From Candidatus Saccharimonadota bacterium (GTDB taxonomy: Bacteria > Patescibacteriota > Saccharimonadia > CAILAD01 > GCA-016700035), in contig JAXLZV010000001.1 in the NCBI GenBank assembly GCA_046350755.1, positions 340,790 to 404,789 of the forward strand: a stretch of DNA of 64,000 nt. Direction: 5' to 3'. This document shows, piece after piece, positions 1 through 9,969 of this stretch; the stretch's first letter is position 1, and each line of letters begins with the position of its first letter. The position numbers and the translations under genes are program-made. The notes beneath the pieces are model-generated. The model saw only the letters and a program-made list of their open reading frames with translations, ran no database searches and had not been told where the DNA came from.

Positions 1-539
1 TACAGCGGATATATCTTGGCCGCAGTCTCTTGGGCGCGACCTTGAGCCAAGCGAGCATAAGCACTCGGCCCCAACAGTTCATTTTTTGCACCCGAAATCA
101 GACTGCGCATCGACTGTGGTGAAAAGACTTTCTCCTCGATACCGAGCTCCTTGCAAGTCAGCTTCACGACCGCCTGAGCATCGGCCTCATCATAGATCAC
201 AAAGCTCTGCGGGTACCCAAGCGTCATCGCCTCGCGCCGGAGAATTCGCACGGCGATGGAGTGGAACGTACCTAGAAACGGCAGATAATTACGATCATCG
301 GCCTCTCGACCTAGGAGACCATTCAGCCGAGCCCGCATTTCGGCCGCGGCTTTGTTTGTGAATGTTACTGCCAAAATATTCGTCGGGTGAACCTTCCGCT
401 CCATCACCAAATACGCGATACGGTGCGTTAAGGTCTTCGTCTTGCCCGAACCAGCGCCAGCCAGCATCAATACCGGGCCATCGGTCGTCAACACCCCTTC
501 GCGCTGGGCTTCATTGAGATCAGTGAGTAGTGCATGCAT
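1..539 (-). CDS. pcrA: UvrD/PcrA DNA helicase, N-terminal part (runs off the window edge)
   Basis: Manual translation: MHALLTDLNEAQREGVLTTDGPVLMLAGAGSGKTKTLTHRIAYL...ILAVTFTNKAAAEMRAR...GTFHS; UvrD motifs I, Ia and Ib. Not in the ORF track. Confidence 0.93.
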   Translation of the reverse strand, partial: MHALLTDLNEAQREGVLTTDGPVLMLAGAGSGKTKTLTHRIAYLVMERKVHPTNILAVTFTNKAAAEMRARLNGLLGREADDRNYLPFLGTFHSIAVRILRREAMTLGYPQSFVIYDEADAQAVVKLTCKELGIEEKVFSPQSMRSLISGAKNELLGPSAYARLAQGRAQETAAKIYPL

Positions 540-626
540 CCTTTCTATTCTACCTGAGTAAAGCATAAGCCGAAAGTCCTACGAAAACTCTTATGCTCAG
601 GCTAAATCCGGTATACTAATGTTTAT

Positions 627-1619
627 ATGCCACCAATTCCTAACCCATTCGAGAAGAAAAAAGATCAGCCGATATCGGGCGCTCCACCAGTTGGTCTGGA
701 GGCGGCAGAGCCCGATCCAGCTGGCTCACAGCGCAAAAAGCTCCTAATTGGCAGTATTATTGCTGTCGTTATTCTCGTGCTGTTTGCAGTTGTCCCGGTG
801 GTCTATCTGCAGATCAATAAGTCAAAAAAAGCCGCTAACCCCACGAGCTCGCTGAGCATTACGCCTCGCCCACCGGTTGATCCAAAGGCCACCTCCACTC
901 TTGGTCCACAACGCCTGTTTCTCGAGCGAACTGCCACCCAGAAAATCCCCTATGACCTAACCTACACTGTACCGACGGCCTGGAATGCTAAGTTTTCGAC
1001 CACGCCATCAAACGACCTGCGTTGGAATGATAGCGTCTTGGCAGTTGCCATGATCTCGGGCTACTCGCCGCTCTCAAGCGCCAATATTAATATCCCGGTA
1101 AATAACTACGTTGCCCTGATAGATATCACGAACTGGCTGACATCGAAGAATAACCCCGTCCCGATGACACCTGCCCAAAAACAACAATGGTTTGCTACGC
1201 TCAATTCGGTCACCCCTGAAAATGCCGCTCGCGTATCGGCTGCCACTATCAATCCAAGAATCGCCAAGGAAGATGGCGGTCGCCAACACCTCCAGGCGGT
1301 GGCGGTGGCCGACAACACTCTTAAGGGGATTAGCTATATTACCAACCAGAGTAATACTGATTACACGCCAACCATCGTCATCATGCTCGTCGGCAGTTAC
1401 CAGGGTCGTAGCTACGTGCTCTACGGCCAGCACGCCATTCGCGACCAGTCCTGGGCTTCGATCTCAGCGCTCAAAGCTCGCAACGATAGTGGTTCGAGCG
1501 CCCAAATCGCTGCCACAACCGCCAATTTCGCAGCCGGCACGATTGGCACCGACACGGTTGAAATTCATACTGAATTTCTGACCGCTATCCAGACGATGCA
1601 ACTCAAACAAGTTGAATAG
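627..1619 (+). CDS. Membrane-anchored hypothetical protein
   Basis: 330-aa ORF with one TM segment (LLIGSIIAVVILVLFAVVPVVYL); TATACT box upstream. Confidence 0.75.
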   Translation: MPPIPNPFEKKKDQPISGAPPVGLEAAEPDPAGSQRKKLLIGSIIAVVILVLFAVVPVVYLQINKSKKAANPTSSLSITPRPPVDPKATSTLGPQRLFLERTATQKIPYDLTYTVPTAWNAKFSTTPSNDLRWNDSVLAVAMISGYSPLSSANINIPVNNYVALIDITNWLTSKNNPVPMTPAQKQQWFATLNSVTPENAARVSAATINPRIAKEDGGRQHLQAVAVADNTLKGISYITNQSNTDYTPTIVIMLVGSYQGRSYVLYGQHAIRDQSWASISALKARNDSGSSAQIAATTANFAAGTIGTDTVEIHTEFLTAIQTMQLKQVE

Positions 1620-1646
1620 GGTCATCGACCGGTAGTCAGAAGAAAG

Positions 1647-2171
1647 CTATTTTTCTGCGCGCGTCTTGGCGATGTGCTCGCGGGCACCAGCCGCGTCTGT
1701 CCAGCCGTCGAAGCTAATCTCCACGCCCTGCCAGTCATTTTTCCAGTCCTTGTAATGCGTGTAGAAGTGCTCAATGTATTTTTTAAAATCATCACCGAGC
1801 TGATCAACTTCTGTGAGGTAGTCTTTGGTAGAGTCCTTGGCCGGCACACAGATGAGCTTCTCGTCGCCTTCACCGTCATCAATCATCCGCACCATGCCAA
1901 TCGCGCGACATGGCACGACCACCCCTGGGTAGAGCGGCTCATCGATCAGCACCAGCGCGTCGAGTGGGTCGCCGTCATCACACAGCGTGTCCGGCACATA
2001 GCCATAATCGTATGGGTAGCCAAAAGCAACGTTATTCACACGATCGAGGAAAACTGCGCCAGTTTCCTTATCGACTTCGTACTTATTCTTCAGCTGTCCG
2101 CGTGGGATTTCGATGACCACGTTTACAACTTCTGGGGCTTTCGAACCAATTCCAACATTCTTGAGTGACAT
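1647..2171 (-). CDS. ppa: Inorganic pyrophosphatase, family I
   Basis: KYEVDK, YPYDYGYVP and DGDPLD motifs; start placed at MSLKNVG. Confidence 0.95.
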   Translation of the reverse strand: MSLKNVGIGSKAPEVVNVVIEIPRGQLKNKYEVDKETGAVFLDRVNNVAFGYPYDYGYVPDTLCDDGDPLDALVLIDEPLYPGVVVPCRAIGMVRMIDDGEGDEKLICVPAKDSTKDYLTEVDQLGDDFKKYIEHFYTHYKDWKNDWQGVEISFDGWTDAAGAREHIAKTRAEK

Positions 2172-2223
2172 GATTTTCTCCGGATAATTACTGTATCCAG
2201 GGTACTGAATTACTGATATGAAT

Positions 2224-2496
2224 TCAAGGCAATAGGCTCCAGCTATAATTGTATGCAAGCACTGCTGCCAACATCATGAGCCAACGCCAGCCCAAATACT
2301 TCTTCCACAGCATAACCGTAAAGACGATATAGAGCCCAGTCACTAAGACCAGCAGACTAGCGGCTGTACTGCCCGCCCGGAAGAAAAAGGCCGGTAAAGT
2401 TGAAAGTGAGAACATGATCGCAAGCAAGACATTCACGATTGAAGTCACGATACGAAATAACTTATGCCTAGTTACTGGCTGCATCCGCCATCTCAA
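2224..2496 (-). CDS. Small membrane protein
   Basis: Three hydrophobic segments; same strand as tpiA and ppa. Confidence 0.6.
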   Translation of the reverse strand: MRWRMQPVTRHKLFRIVTSIVNVLLAIMFSLSTLPAFFFRAGSTAASLLVLVTGLYIVFTVMLWKKYLGWRWLMMLAAVLAYNYSWSLLP

Positions 2497-2518
2497 AAAA
2501 GATATTCATACTCCAGCT

Positions 2519-2794
2519 TCACCCCCTAAACAATAGAGATATGCAAATTATTAATATTCCTAACAAAAATGGCGAGAGTATCCAGAGCTTAATTTTCGGC
2601 CACATAAAACCACACGTAATAATTACTGCCCCTACCAAAACTGATATGTAGCCCCAGAAACCGATAATTGGAGTGATTAGGTCTATAAGTTCAGGACGTT
2701 GCTGGGTCGCCCCATACCAGATACCACACAGTCCACTAATAATGAGTAGCCAGCCGGCAATGAGTGCCGGCTTATATGAAACTTTAGGCTGCAT
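2519..2794 (-). CDS. Small membrane protein
   Basis: Three TM segments; start overlaps the tpiA stop. Confidence 0.65.
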   Translation of the reverse strand: MQPKVSYKPALIAGWLLIISGLCGIWYGATQQRPELIDLITPIIGFWGYISVLVGAVIITCGFMWPKIKLWILSPFLLGILIICISLLFRG

Positions 2795-3551
2795 CCGCCT
2801 TCTCGATGATGGTCGCGAAGCTCTTGTAATTCACGCTTGCGCCGCCCACCAATAAGCCAGCGCAGTCATTTAGCTTGAGGTAGCTCGCCGCGTTCGTGCC
2901 ATCCACACTGCCACCATAGAGTAGTGGCACCGAAGCAGCTAAGACTCCAGAATACTCCGTGCCAAGCCAAGAGCGAATATATTCCAGCATTTCGCGGGCG
3001 TCTTCTGGCTTCGCGTTCTCGCCCGTCCCGATGGCCCATACCGGCTCATAAGCAATGACGATATCAGCGACTTCCTCTTCGGTCAGCAGCGATAGGCCGG
3101 TATCGAGCTGATCGGCCACAACTTGCTTAGCATGTCCCGACACGCGATCATGCTTCGTTTCGCCAACGCAAAAAATTGGCTTCAGCCCATGCCGACGAGC
3201 GGCGCTCATCTTCTGGGCTATCAAACCATCGCGTTCGCCAAAGACGTGACGACGTTCAGAGTGACCGACGATAATATAGCTCACTAGATCAGCAACCATG
3301 CGCACGCTCATCTCGCCGGTAAAAGCCCCTTCATCAACCGGATAAGCGTTCTGGGCGCCGAGCGCAAAGCGATCATTGTGGACTAATTCCTGGCGAACAG
3401 TCGTCAAATCAAGTGCTGGTGGGCACAGTACCACTTCAACGTCATCAGGAATGCGCTTCACCTCTTTCTTCAGTCGGTTCACCAGCAAACTCGCCTCTGA
3501 GGGAGAGCAATGCATTTTCCAATTACCAATAATGTAGGTCTTCGTTGCCAT
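2784..3551 (-). CDS. tpiA: Triosephosphate isomerase
   Basis: GNWKM, GHSERR, AYEPVWAIGTG and YGGSV motifs. Confidence 0.97.
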   Translation of the reverse strand: MATKTYIIGNWKMHCSPSEASLLVNRLKKEVKRIPDDVEVVLCPPALDLTTVRQELVHNDRFALGAQNAYPVDEGAFTGEMSVRMVADLVSYIIVGHSERRHVFGERDGLIAQKMSAARRHGLKPIFCVGETKHDRVSGHAKQVVADQLDTGLSLLTEEEVADIVIAYEPVWAIGTGENAKPEDAREMLEYIRSWLGTEYSGVLAASVPLLYGGSVDGTNAASYLKLNDCAGLLVGGASVNYKSFATIIEKADAA

Positions 3552-3601
3552 ACTGCTTATGATTATTTTAGCACGCACTGGTCACTTATGCGCTAGCCAG
3601 G

Positions 3602-4069
3602 CTAGAAGAAGATCCGCGCGAGTAGCCGCGCCAACATGTACTGCGCGACCAATAACGTCACTGTATAGATAACGAGAAAACGCCAACGAATCCCCTGCCG
3701 ATAGGCTAGCCGGGCAGCGAAACCACCCAAAAACATGAGCGCAATCGCCTGCATCAGCAGTAACGCAATATATACTTTCCCATTCGGAGCACACCAAATT
3801 GGCGCCGTGGACGAAGCTAAGTACTCACAATTGGCAAGGATCTGCAGCGCAAACGCCCACACAAACCAAAACTCTATCATTAGCAGCGGTACAAAAAACA
3901 AGGTTTGAAAAACCCGTGTTGTCTTGGGCAACTTACGAGGGGGTGGTGGCACATTCATTACCAGCTGGCCACTCGTTGAGCGAGCATACACCGTCCGGGA
4001 CCGACGGGCAGCTTTGGGGCGCGCTGGAGACTTAGTTTTAGCAATTGGCTTTTTTTGACGGCTCGTCAC
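3602..4069 (-). CDS. Membrane protein with basic N-terminus
   Basis: Three TM segments; ATG overlaps the pyk stop. Confidence 0.65.
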   Translation of the reverse strand: MTSRQKKPIAKTKSPARPKAARRSRTVYARSTSGQLVMNVPPPPRKLPKTTRVFQTLFFVPLLMIEFWFVWAFALQILANCEYLASSTAPIWCAPNGKVYIALLLMQAIALMFLGGFAARLAYRQGIRWRFLVIYTVTLLVAQYMLARLLARIFF

Positions 4070-5490
4070 GATCCCACCTCGATCAAGCGTACCGTATCGG
4101 TCTTACCTGACTTACCGGCGTGTGTTCCAAATGCCGAGACGACGAGATCGCCAGCTTGCAAAGCACCCTTCTTCTGAAAATGCTTGACCACCGCCGGGCT
4201 AATCAAGCGCTCTCGCGGCACCAGAAATGATTTTCCACCCCAAAAGATTGAGCACTGATTGCAGGTCCGCTCATCCGGACTAGCCATCACGATCGCCGCA
4301 TTCGGCCGCATCGACGAAATCGAACGGGCAGTTGAGCCAGTCAGGGTTTCAGCCAATATCAGCTTAGCTCCAACGTGATTGGCGAGCGTAATAGCCGCCA
4401 GACTCACAGCGTCTTGAGCTGAGTGGGCGGCGGTCAAGCCAGTTGCTGTGCCGATCTGATTTGATTCAAGTAAGTACTGTTCGGTCGAGAGGATGACTCG
4501 CTTCATGAGCTGCACAGTTTCAACCGGATAAGCGCCGGTTGCCGTCTCACCCGACAGCATCACTGAATCCACACCGAGTGAAACGGCAGTAGCTACGTCA
4601 TTGACTTCAGCCCGTGTCGGCTGTGGTGAGGTCATCATGCTTTCAAGCATCTGCGTCGCCATAATCACCGGCCGCTTCTTTTCACGGCAGATACGAATAA
4701 TTTTCCGTCCAACGATCGGAACTTCTTCGGGACTGGTTTCGATTGCCAGATCGCCCCGGGCAATCATCACGGCGTCCGAGGCCTCAATAATTTCGTGCAA
4801 GTTATCGACAGCCGGCGCCGTCTCGATCTTAGCGATAATGCCAATCTTCTTATGCGCCTTACTGAGCAAGGCTCGAAGATGTTCGACATCAGCCGCGGTA
4901 TGAACAAACGACAGAGCAATGTAATCAATATCTTGCTTCAGCCCAAAAGCAATATCGGCCAAATCTTTTTCAGTCAGCTTGGACGACTTAATGACCGTAT
5001 CGGGTAAATTTATGCCATGCTGTGAGCCAAATTTACCTCCACTCAACACACGCATCTTCACCACGCCATCCCGCACGGCGGTGATTTCGCCCGTCACCTG
5101 CCCATCACGCAAAAACATCCGTTCACCCTTCGATACCAACTTCGTAAAATCATACTGTATCGGAATCACACCCTGCGCTGACTGCTTTGGCTCATAGGCA
5201 AACTGCAACTCATCACCAGCCCGCACCTCGAGCATCTGGGGCACGGTGCCGACGCGTATCTTTGGCCCCTGCAAGTCTTGAATAATTGCGACTGAGCGAC
5301 TAGCAGCTGACGCCGCGGCGCGCACCTTCTTGATAGCCGCCGCGTGCCAACTATGACGATTATGCGAGAAGTTTAAGCGAATCCCGTTGACCCCGGATTT
5401 TAACAGGTCATCAATCCTCTCCTCGCTGGTTGGGCCGAGGGTGGCAATAATTTTCGTCTTCTTATAACGGGTAGCGTCTATTCCGCTCAT
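4066..5490 (-). CDS. pyk: Pyruvate kinase
   Basis: KTKIIATLGP, RLNFSH, DLQGPKIR, MIARGDL and ATQMLESM motifs. Confidence 0.97.
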   Translation of the reverse strand: MSGIDATRYKKTKIIATLGPTSEERIDDLLKSGVNGIRLNFSHNRHSWHAAAIKKVRAAASAASRSVAIIQDLQGPKIRVGTVPQMLEVRAGDELQFAYEPKQSAQGVIPIQYDFTKLVSKGERMFLRDGQVTGEITAVRDGVVKMRVLSGGKFGSQHGINLPDTVIKSSKLTEKDLADIAFGLKQDIDYIALSFVHTAADVEHLRALLSKAHKKIGIIAKIETAPAVDNLHEIIEASDAVMIARGDLAIETSPEEVPIVGRKIIRICREKKRPVIMATQMLESMMTSPQPTRAEVNDVATAVSLGVDSVMLSGETATGAYPVETVQLMKRVILSTEQYLLESNQIGTATGLTAAHSAQDAVSLAAITLANHVGAKLILAETLTGSTARSISSMRPNAAIVMASPDERTCNQCSIFWGGKSFLVPRERLISPAVVKHFQKKGALQAGDLVVSAFGTHAGKSGKTDTVRLIEVGS

Positions 5491-5539
5491 GCTACCAATT
5501 GTACCTCGTTTGACTCCTGATTTACACCGGTCTCTCACC

Positions 5540-5568
5540 TTGACAAGCATGAGCTTTTCAGGTATAAT
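5540..5568 (+). promoter_or_regulatory. Consensus sigma70 promoter
   Basis: TTGACA-N17-TATAAT, followed by AGGAGG (5603-5608) and a TTG start at 5613. Confidence 0.8.
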
Positions 5569-5612
5569 TGTGCAGTTCAATTCCGAACCCCGTACCTTCC
5601 CCAGGAGGAAAA

Positions 5613-5987
5613 TTGCCCCGAGCATCCAAGCCCATTCCGCGCGGTCCGCGCGACTTGTCACAAGAACAGCGTGATTACCAGCGGCGCACCAAGCGCAACG
5701 ATGTGATCATGTACGCCAGCATGGCGGCAGTCATCATCCTCACGGTGATCATCGCCTTCTTCAGGGACAACGCCCTGCCGCCGGTTTGCACCGGCTCTCA
5801 GTCGGTCGTCGTCGAGCAGGGTGACACGCTCGAATCGATCATCCGCGAGAACGTCGATGGTATCAATTCCGTCGACATCCGCGATGTCGTCGAGGACGTC
5901 ATGTCCCACAACCGCCTGACCGAAACCGATGTTGCCACTCTGCAGATCGGCTCAACCATCGGTGGCATCCCCACCGGCTGCAGCTGA
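5613..5987 (+). CDS. Membrane-anchored LysM-domain protein (GC-rich codons)
   Basis: TM segment then VVVEQGDTLESII...N...LQIG LysM pattern; SD AGGAGG. Confidence 0.75.
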   Translation: MPRASKPIPRGPRDLSQEQRDYQRRTKRNDVIMYASMAAVIILTVIIAFFRDNALPPVCTGSQSVVVEQGDTLESIIRENVDGINSVDIRDVVEDVMSHNRLTETDVATLQIGSTIGGIPTGCS

Positions 5988-6004
5988 ATCCGAAAGGAAC
6001 CGAC

Positions 6005-6157
6005 ATGACAGAACCCACCGATGCCTCCCTCGAGGAGCGTAAGGTCAAGGCACTCGAGCAGCTCGCTAGAGTGTCAGGGGTCATCCCCTTCACCCTGGGT
6101 GCGATGATCGGATGTATGATTCTCATCTCCGGCGTAGCACTGAGCTACTTCATCTGA
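6005..6157 (+). CDS. 50-aa membrane peptide (not in ORF track)
   Basis: MTEPTDASLEERKVKALEQLARVSGVIPFTLGAMIGCMILISGVALSYFI; SD GAAAGGA; terminator-like hairpin follows. Confidence 0.65.
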   Translation: MTEPTDASLEERKVKALEQLARVSGVIPFTLGAMIGCMILISGVALSYFI

Positions 6158-6273
6158 GCCCTCACCGGCTCACACCCGTCCTCTATCGTTTTGAGGGCGG
6201 GATTTCTTTTTTACTCACATAACTCCGAGGTGTATACTAATGCGAGATAATTAACATTACACAAGGAATCATT

Positions 6274-6708
6274 ATGGCCGCTCGTCAACTCACCGAAGCT
6301 GAATTAGTTGAAAAACTCGAAAGTAAAAAAACCAAACTCAATATCTATCGGGTCGTAACTTATATTACGTACGCCTTTATCTTTATCGCCATCGTCACAT
6401 TGAGCTTCCGTATCCTCTTTCTACTTTTCTCAGCAAATCCAAGTACTCCATTCGTGAATTGGATTTATAACATCTCGTCCGACTTCATGAAGCCGTTCCG
6501 CGGCATCTTCCCCACCAAACCAGTCGGCGAAACTGGCTACCTGGATGCTTCAGCCCTGTTTGCCCTGATGATGTACAGCATCCTCGGAGCAGTTGTTAAA
6601 GGCATCATGGATCGCCTGGAGACCTCACAGTCGATCGTCAAAGAAGAGCTTTACCGACGCGAAGGCAAAGAAGTGTTGTTGGCTGATAAACCCCGCAATC
6701 AGCGCTAG
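6274..6708 (+). CDS. YggT family membrane protein
   Basis: FRILFLLFSANPSTPFVNWIYNISSDFMKPFRGIFP, typical of CPR YggT-like proteins. Confidence 0.75.
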   Translation: MAARQLTEAELVEKLESKKTKLNIYRVVTYITYAFIFIAIVTLSFRILFLLFSANPSTPFVNWIYNISSDFMKPFRGIFPTKPVGETGYLDASALFALMMYSILGAVVKGIMDRLETSQSIVKEELYRREGKEVLLADKPRNQR

Positions 6709-6722
6709 CACGCCAGCTATAT

Positions 6723-6754
6723 AAAAACACCCTTGCGTGAGGCAGGGGTGTTTT
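6723..6754. terminator. Bidirectional intrinsic terminator
   Basis: AAAAACACCC...GGGGTGTTTTT between convergent genes. Confidence 0.75.
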
Positions 6755-6769
6755 TAGATTGAGACTCAA

Positions 6770-7549
6770 CTACGGTCGTAATGAACCAGCAAAGATCTGC
6801 CAAGCCAAGGCCGATTTGGCCACCAGCGACAGAATAACATAGACTTTTTCACCGTAGAGATAATCCTTCCACGGTCCAACCTTTTTATATTGGAGGACCA
6901 TATTGATCGCAAAGCAGTTGAAGAAAGTGAAGATCGAGACATAAATCCAGTAAACAAAGGTTGGAATTTGCGCCCCCTCAGGACCATAGGTTGATGATGC
7001 CCAAAAATAGATGCCGATCACTACCCAAGGAATAATCCCGGCTAAACAGCCTAGCCAATACGCGACCCAATTGATTTTCGGTGACGTCTGATTCCATAAC
7101 TCCATCACCAGACCGCAAAGATTCATAATCGCCACGAGCGAGAACATCATCACCAGCGAGGCGAGGTCATAAATGCCAGTTAAGAGCGAGATAGCCACGA
7201 TCATCGTGCTAGCCGAGAGTGAATACTCGAGCCACCGATAGCGGTTGATACCGCGCTTGAGATCAGCATTATACTGACGATTCCCGACAGTGGCGATGAT
7301 GAGATGGAAGGTCGCGGACAGCAGCAGGAATATAATTACTGGCGCCACCAAAGGAATTTTCCAGAGTTGCTCAACAGCTGGATCAAGCGCTTTAGTCACA
7401 AAGTTAAACTTCAGAAAACTAACATTAATCGGGTAGGTTACGTCCCACTTGGCGATCGATGCCATTAAAATAGCCTGCACGGCGTGCAGTCCAGCCATCG
7501 CCAGATTCCAACGCTTCAGTGATTGGGTTGTAGTTTTTTTCGCTGCCAT
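6770..7549 (-). CDS. Heliorhodopsin
   Basis: LHAVQA in TM1, RWLEYSLSAS in TM3, and retinal-binding Lys in GEKVYVILSLVAKSALAWQIF. Confidence 0.92.
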   Translation of the reverse strand: MAAKKTTTQSLKRWNLAMAGLHAVQAILMASIAKWDVTYPINVSFLKFNFVTKALDPAVEQLWKIPLVAPVIIFLLLSATFHLIIATVGNRQYNADLKRGINRYRWLEYSLSASTMIVAISLLTGIYDLASLVMMFSLVAIMNLCGLVMELWNQTSPKINWVAYWLGCLAGIIPWVVIGIYFWASSTYGPEGAQIPTFVYWIYVSIFTFFNCFAINMVLQYKKVGPWKDYLYGEKVYVILSLVAKSALAWQIFAGSLRP

Positions 7550-7603
7550 CTCATCCTCGTATTATGGCTTTAGCATAGCCGCTTTGGAGAATGAAACGCA
7601 AGT

Positions 7604-8611
7604 CTAAACTGAGCGCGGTTGTTTCACGGGCAAATGCACCCGAAAAGTTGACCCCTTACCCAGAGTGCTGCTGACAGAAATCACGCCATGGTGGCTATCG
7701 GCGATGTGCTTAGCTATCGACAAGCCCAGGCCATTGCCCTCCGTATTGGCCGACGAGCGGCTTGGATCACCGCGATAGAAACGTTCAAAAACATGGGGCA
7801 AATCGACCGCAGCAATACCCGCACCAGTATCTTCTACAATAATTTCTGCCTGCCGATTCCGCTGCTGGGTTGCGACCCGAATGGTCGCTTTGGCGGGACT
7901 ATATTTGATCGCATTATCAACCAGTATAGAAATCAATTCACTCAAAGCCTTAGCATCACCCTCGCAATGAGCCGGCTTCAAATCAGTCGTCAGCTTGATC
8001 TTTTTAGCTTGAGCAAGCTTGGCTAATCGCCCGACCACTTCGTCAGCTAATCGAGCGATATCCACCTTCACCCGTACCTGGGGAGCCTCACCGTTGCGAG
8101 CCAACTGCAGCAGCCCATTCACGAGCTCTCGCATTTTTACGACTTCTTCGAGATTGCTACTCAATTGGTGGCGGGCATCCTGCAGGCTGAGCTGCTTATC
8201 GCGCAGAGCCACTTCCGTCTCTGATTGCATAGCCGTCAACGGTGTCCGTAGTTCGTGTGAAGCATCGGCCGTAAAACGACGTTGCGCCTCCAATGCCTCC
8301 TCAATCGGTCGAATATTACGCTTGGCCAGCATATAGCTCAGTCCGCCACCAACAAATACCACCAGTATATTAAAGAGAATTAAATTAGCCTTGACGCCCT
8401 GTTCAGCCTCACGAATGCGACCCAAGCGGTCATTTTCGTAGGTATCAAAGTAGGCATAGCCGCGTAAGTCCAGCACTGATGGCGGACGACGCAGGCCACG
8501 ATTGATTTGATCGACTGACACGCGATAGACAAATATCGAAAAGCCCAGCGATAACAGCATTACAAACGCCAAGTACCAAATAGTCAGCTTCAGAGCTGGT
8601 GTCAATTTCAC
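7604..8611 (-). CDS. Sensor histidine kinase (OmpR-family partner)
   Basis: FTADASHELRTPL, LVDNAIKY and GNGLGLSIA motifs; two TM segments. Confidence 0.93.
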   Translation of the reverse strand: MKLTPALKLTIWYLAFVMLLSLGFSIFVYRVSVDQINRGLRRPPSVLDLRGYAYFDTYENDRLGRIREAEQGVKANLILFNILVVFVGGGLSYMLAKRNIRPIEEALEAQRRFTADASHELRTPLTAMQSETEVALRDKQLSLQDARHQLSSNLEEVVKMRELVNGLLQLARNGEAPQVRVKVDIARLADEVVGRLAKLAQAKKIKLTTDLKPAHCEGDAKALSELISILVDNAIKYSPAKATIRVATQQRNRQAEIIVEDTGAGIAAVDLPHVFERFYRGDPSRSSANTEGNGLGLSIAKHIADSHHGVISVSSTLGKGSTFRVHLPVKQPRSV

Positions 8612-9288
8612 GACTGTGGTTCACCAATCGAATAACCAAAGCCGCGCGAGGTACGAATCAGCGGTTCAGCTTTAAACGGTTGATCAATTTTTTTACGGAG
8701 ATAGCCGATAAACACTTCGACGTTATTTGGCAACACATCAGTATCATATTCCCAAACGTGATCAATCAACTTTTCCTTTGAGAAGACCTGGCCTGGGTGG
8801 CGCATCAAATACTCCAGCAGCGCAAATTCTTTCTGCGAGAGATGTATCGACTGGCCAGCTCGCGAGACGCGAAAAGCCACCGGATCAAGTTCCAGGTCGG
8901 CGACCTTCAGGACGGCATCATGCGTGGTCGCTGGCCGACGCATCAGCGCCCGCATCCGAGCTAAGAGCTCCTCAAACGCAAACGGCTTGACGAGATAATC
9001 ATCGGCGCCGGCATTAAGGCCCTCAACGCGATCACCCACCTGATCCTTAGCGGTCAACATCAATATCGGTACATTCTTACCCTGCTCTCGCAACTGGCGG
9101 CAGATCTCCATACCATCCACGCCCGGCAACATCCGATCGAGCAGAATCAGATCATAGTCATCGGCTTCTGCAGCCGCCAGACCATCGTCACCGTCGAGCG
9201 CTAATTCCACCGCAAAGCGCTCCTGCTCGAGACCTTTTTTCAATGCCCCGGCGATCTTCGGCTCATCTTCAATTACGAGAACTTTCAT
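8608..9288 (-). CDS. OmpR/PhoB-family response regulator
   Basis: Receiver domain (LLDRMLP, ADDYLVKPF) plus winged helix (LRKKID, RGFGY). Confidence 0.95.
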   Translation of the reverse strand: MKVLVIEDEPKIAGALKKGLEQERFAVELALDGDDGLAAAEADDYDLILLDRMLPGVDGMEICRQLREQGKNVPILMLTAKDQVGDRVEGLNAGADDYLVKPFAFEELLARMRALMRRPATTHDAVLKVADLELDPVAFRVSRAGQSIHLSQKEFALLEYLMRHPGQVFSKEKLIDHVWEYDTDVLPNNVEVFIGYLRKKIDQPFKAEPLIRTSRGFGYSIGEPQS

Positions 9289-9310
9289 ACTAATAGTATT
9301 GTACGCCCTT

Positions 9311-9327
9311 CTGAAATTTTCCTGAAG
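9311..9327 (-). promoter_or_regulatory. Putative response-regulator box (hexamer-N5-hexamer)
   Basis: CTTCAG-gaaaa-TTTCAG upstream of TACAAT; similar boxes at 9958-9974 and 44694-44710. Confidence 0.5.
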
Positions 9328-9399
9328 AACAGCAAATCGGTTCGCGTGAGGGAACGCGAACCGATTGATACGGTAAGACTTCTCTAGTGTTATTTACTC

Positions 9400-9918
9400 T
9401 TACTGGGTAGCTGGAGCATCATCAGAGTCCATCATGTGATGACCCATGCCCATACCCATGCCTGGTCCATGACCACCACGGCCACCTGGGCCCGGCATCA
9501 CATACTCTACTGGGATATTGTTATCCTTAGCCCACTGTTCAAGTTCAGTGCGCCGAGACTCCATGGCTGCCTGGCGTTCAGCTTCAGTCATATTCTGAAA
9601 CTTTTCACGATCAGTTTTACGATTAGCCTCCATCTCGTCATGTTTAGCTATGAGCTTATCTTTTTGCTCATTCGTCAGCTTGCCAGCCGATACGGCTGCC
9701 TGGAGCTTGGCTTCGTAGCGCTTCTCCATCTGCGCGTGACGATCCTGGTGATCTTGATCGATCACCTGCTGCACTTCAGAAGGGTTGAGATTAAACTTGG
9801 TCGCAATCTTGTTAGCTAGTCCGGTTTCGCCAGTGGCGGCCGAGACTGAGCCAACGCCCACAACGGTTGCGATGCCCAGTGCTGCTACAGCAGCAGCAAT
9901 CATCTTCTTCTTATTCAT
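9400..9918 (-). CDS. Secreted helical protein with G/M/H-rich tail
   Basis: Signal peptide ending VSA-A; helical charged core; GHGPGMGMGMGHHMM tail. Confidence 0.75.
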   Translation of the reverse strand: MNKKKMIAAAVAALGIATVVGVGSVSAATGETGLANKIATKFNLNPSEVQQVIDQDHQDRHAQMEKRYEAKLQAAVSAGKLTNEQKDKLIAKHDEMEANRKTDREKFQNMTEAERQAAMESRRTELEQWAKDNNIPVEYVMPGPGGRGGHGPGMGMGMGHHMMDSDDAPATQ

Positions 9919-9969
9919 ATATTACTCCCTTAACACTGAGTATGTTACGCCCCAAATCTGAAAGGTCGC

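Noticed and set aside
86-361. 91-aa plus-strand ORF
   Set aside because: Antisense shadow of pcrA.
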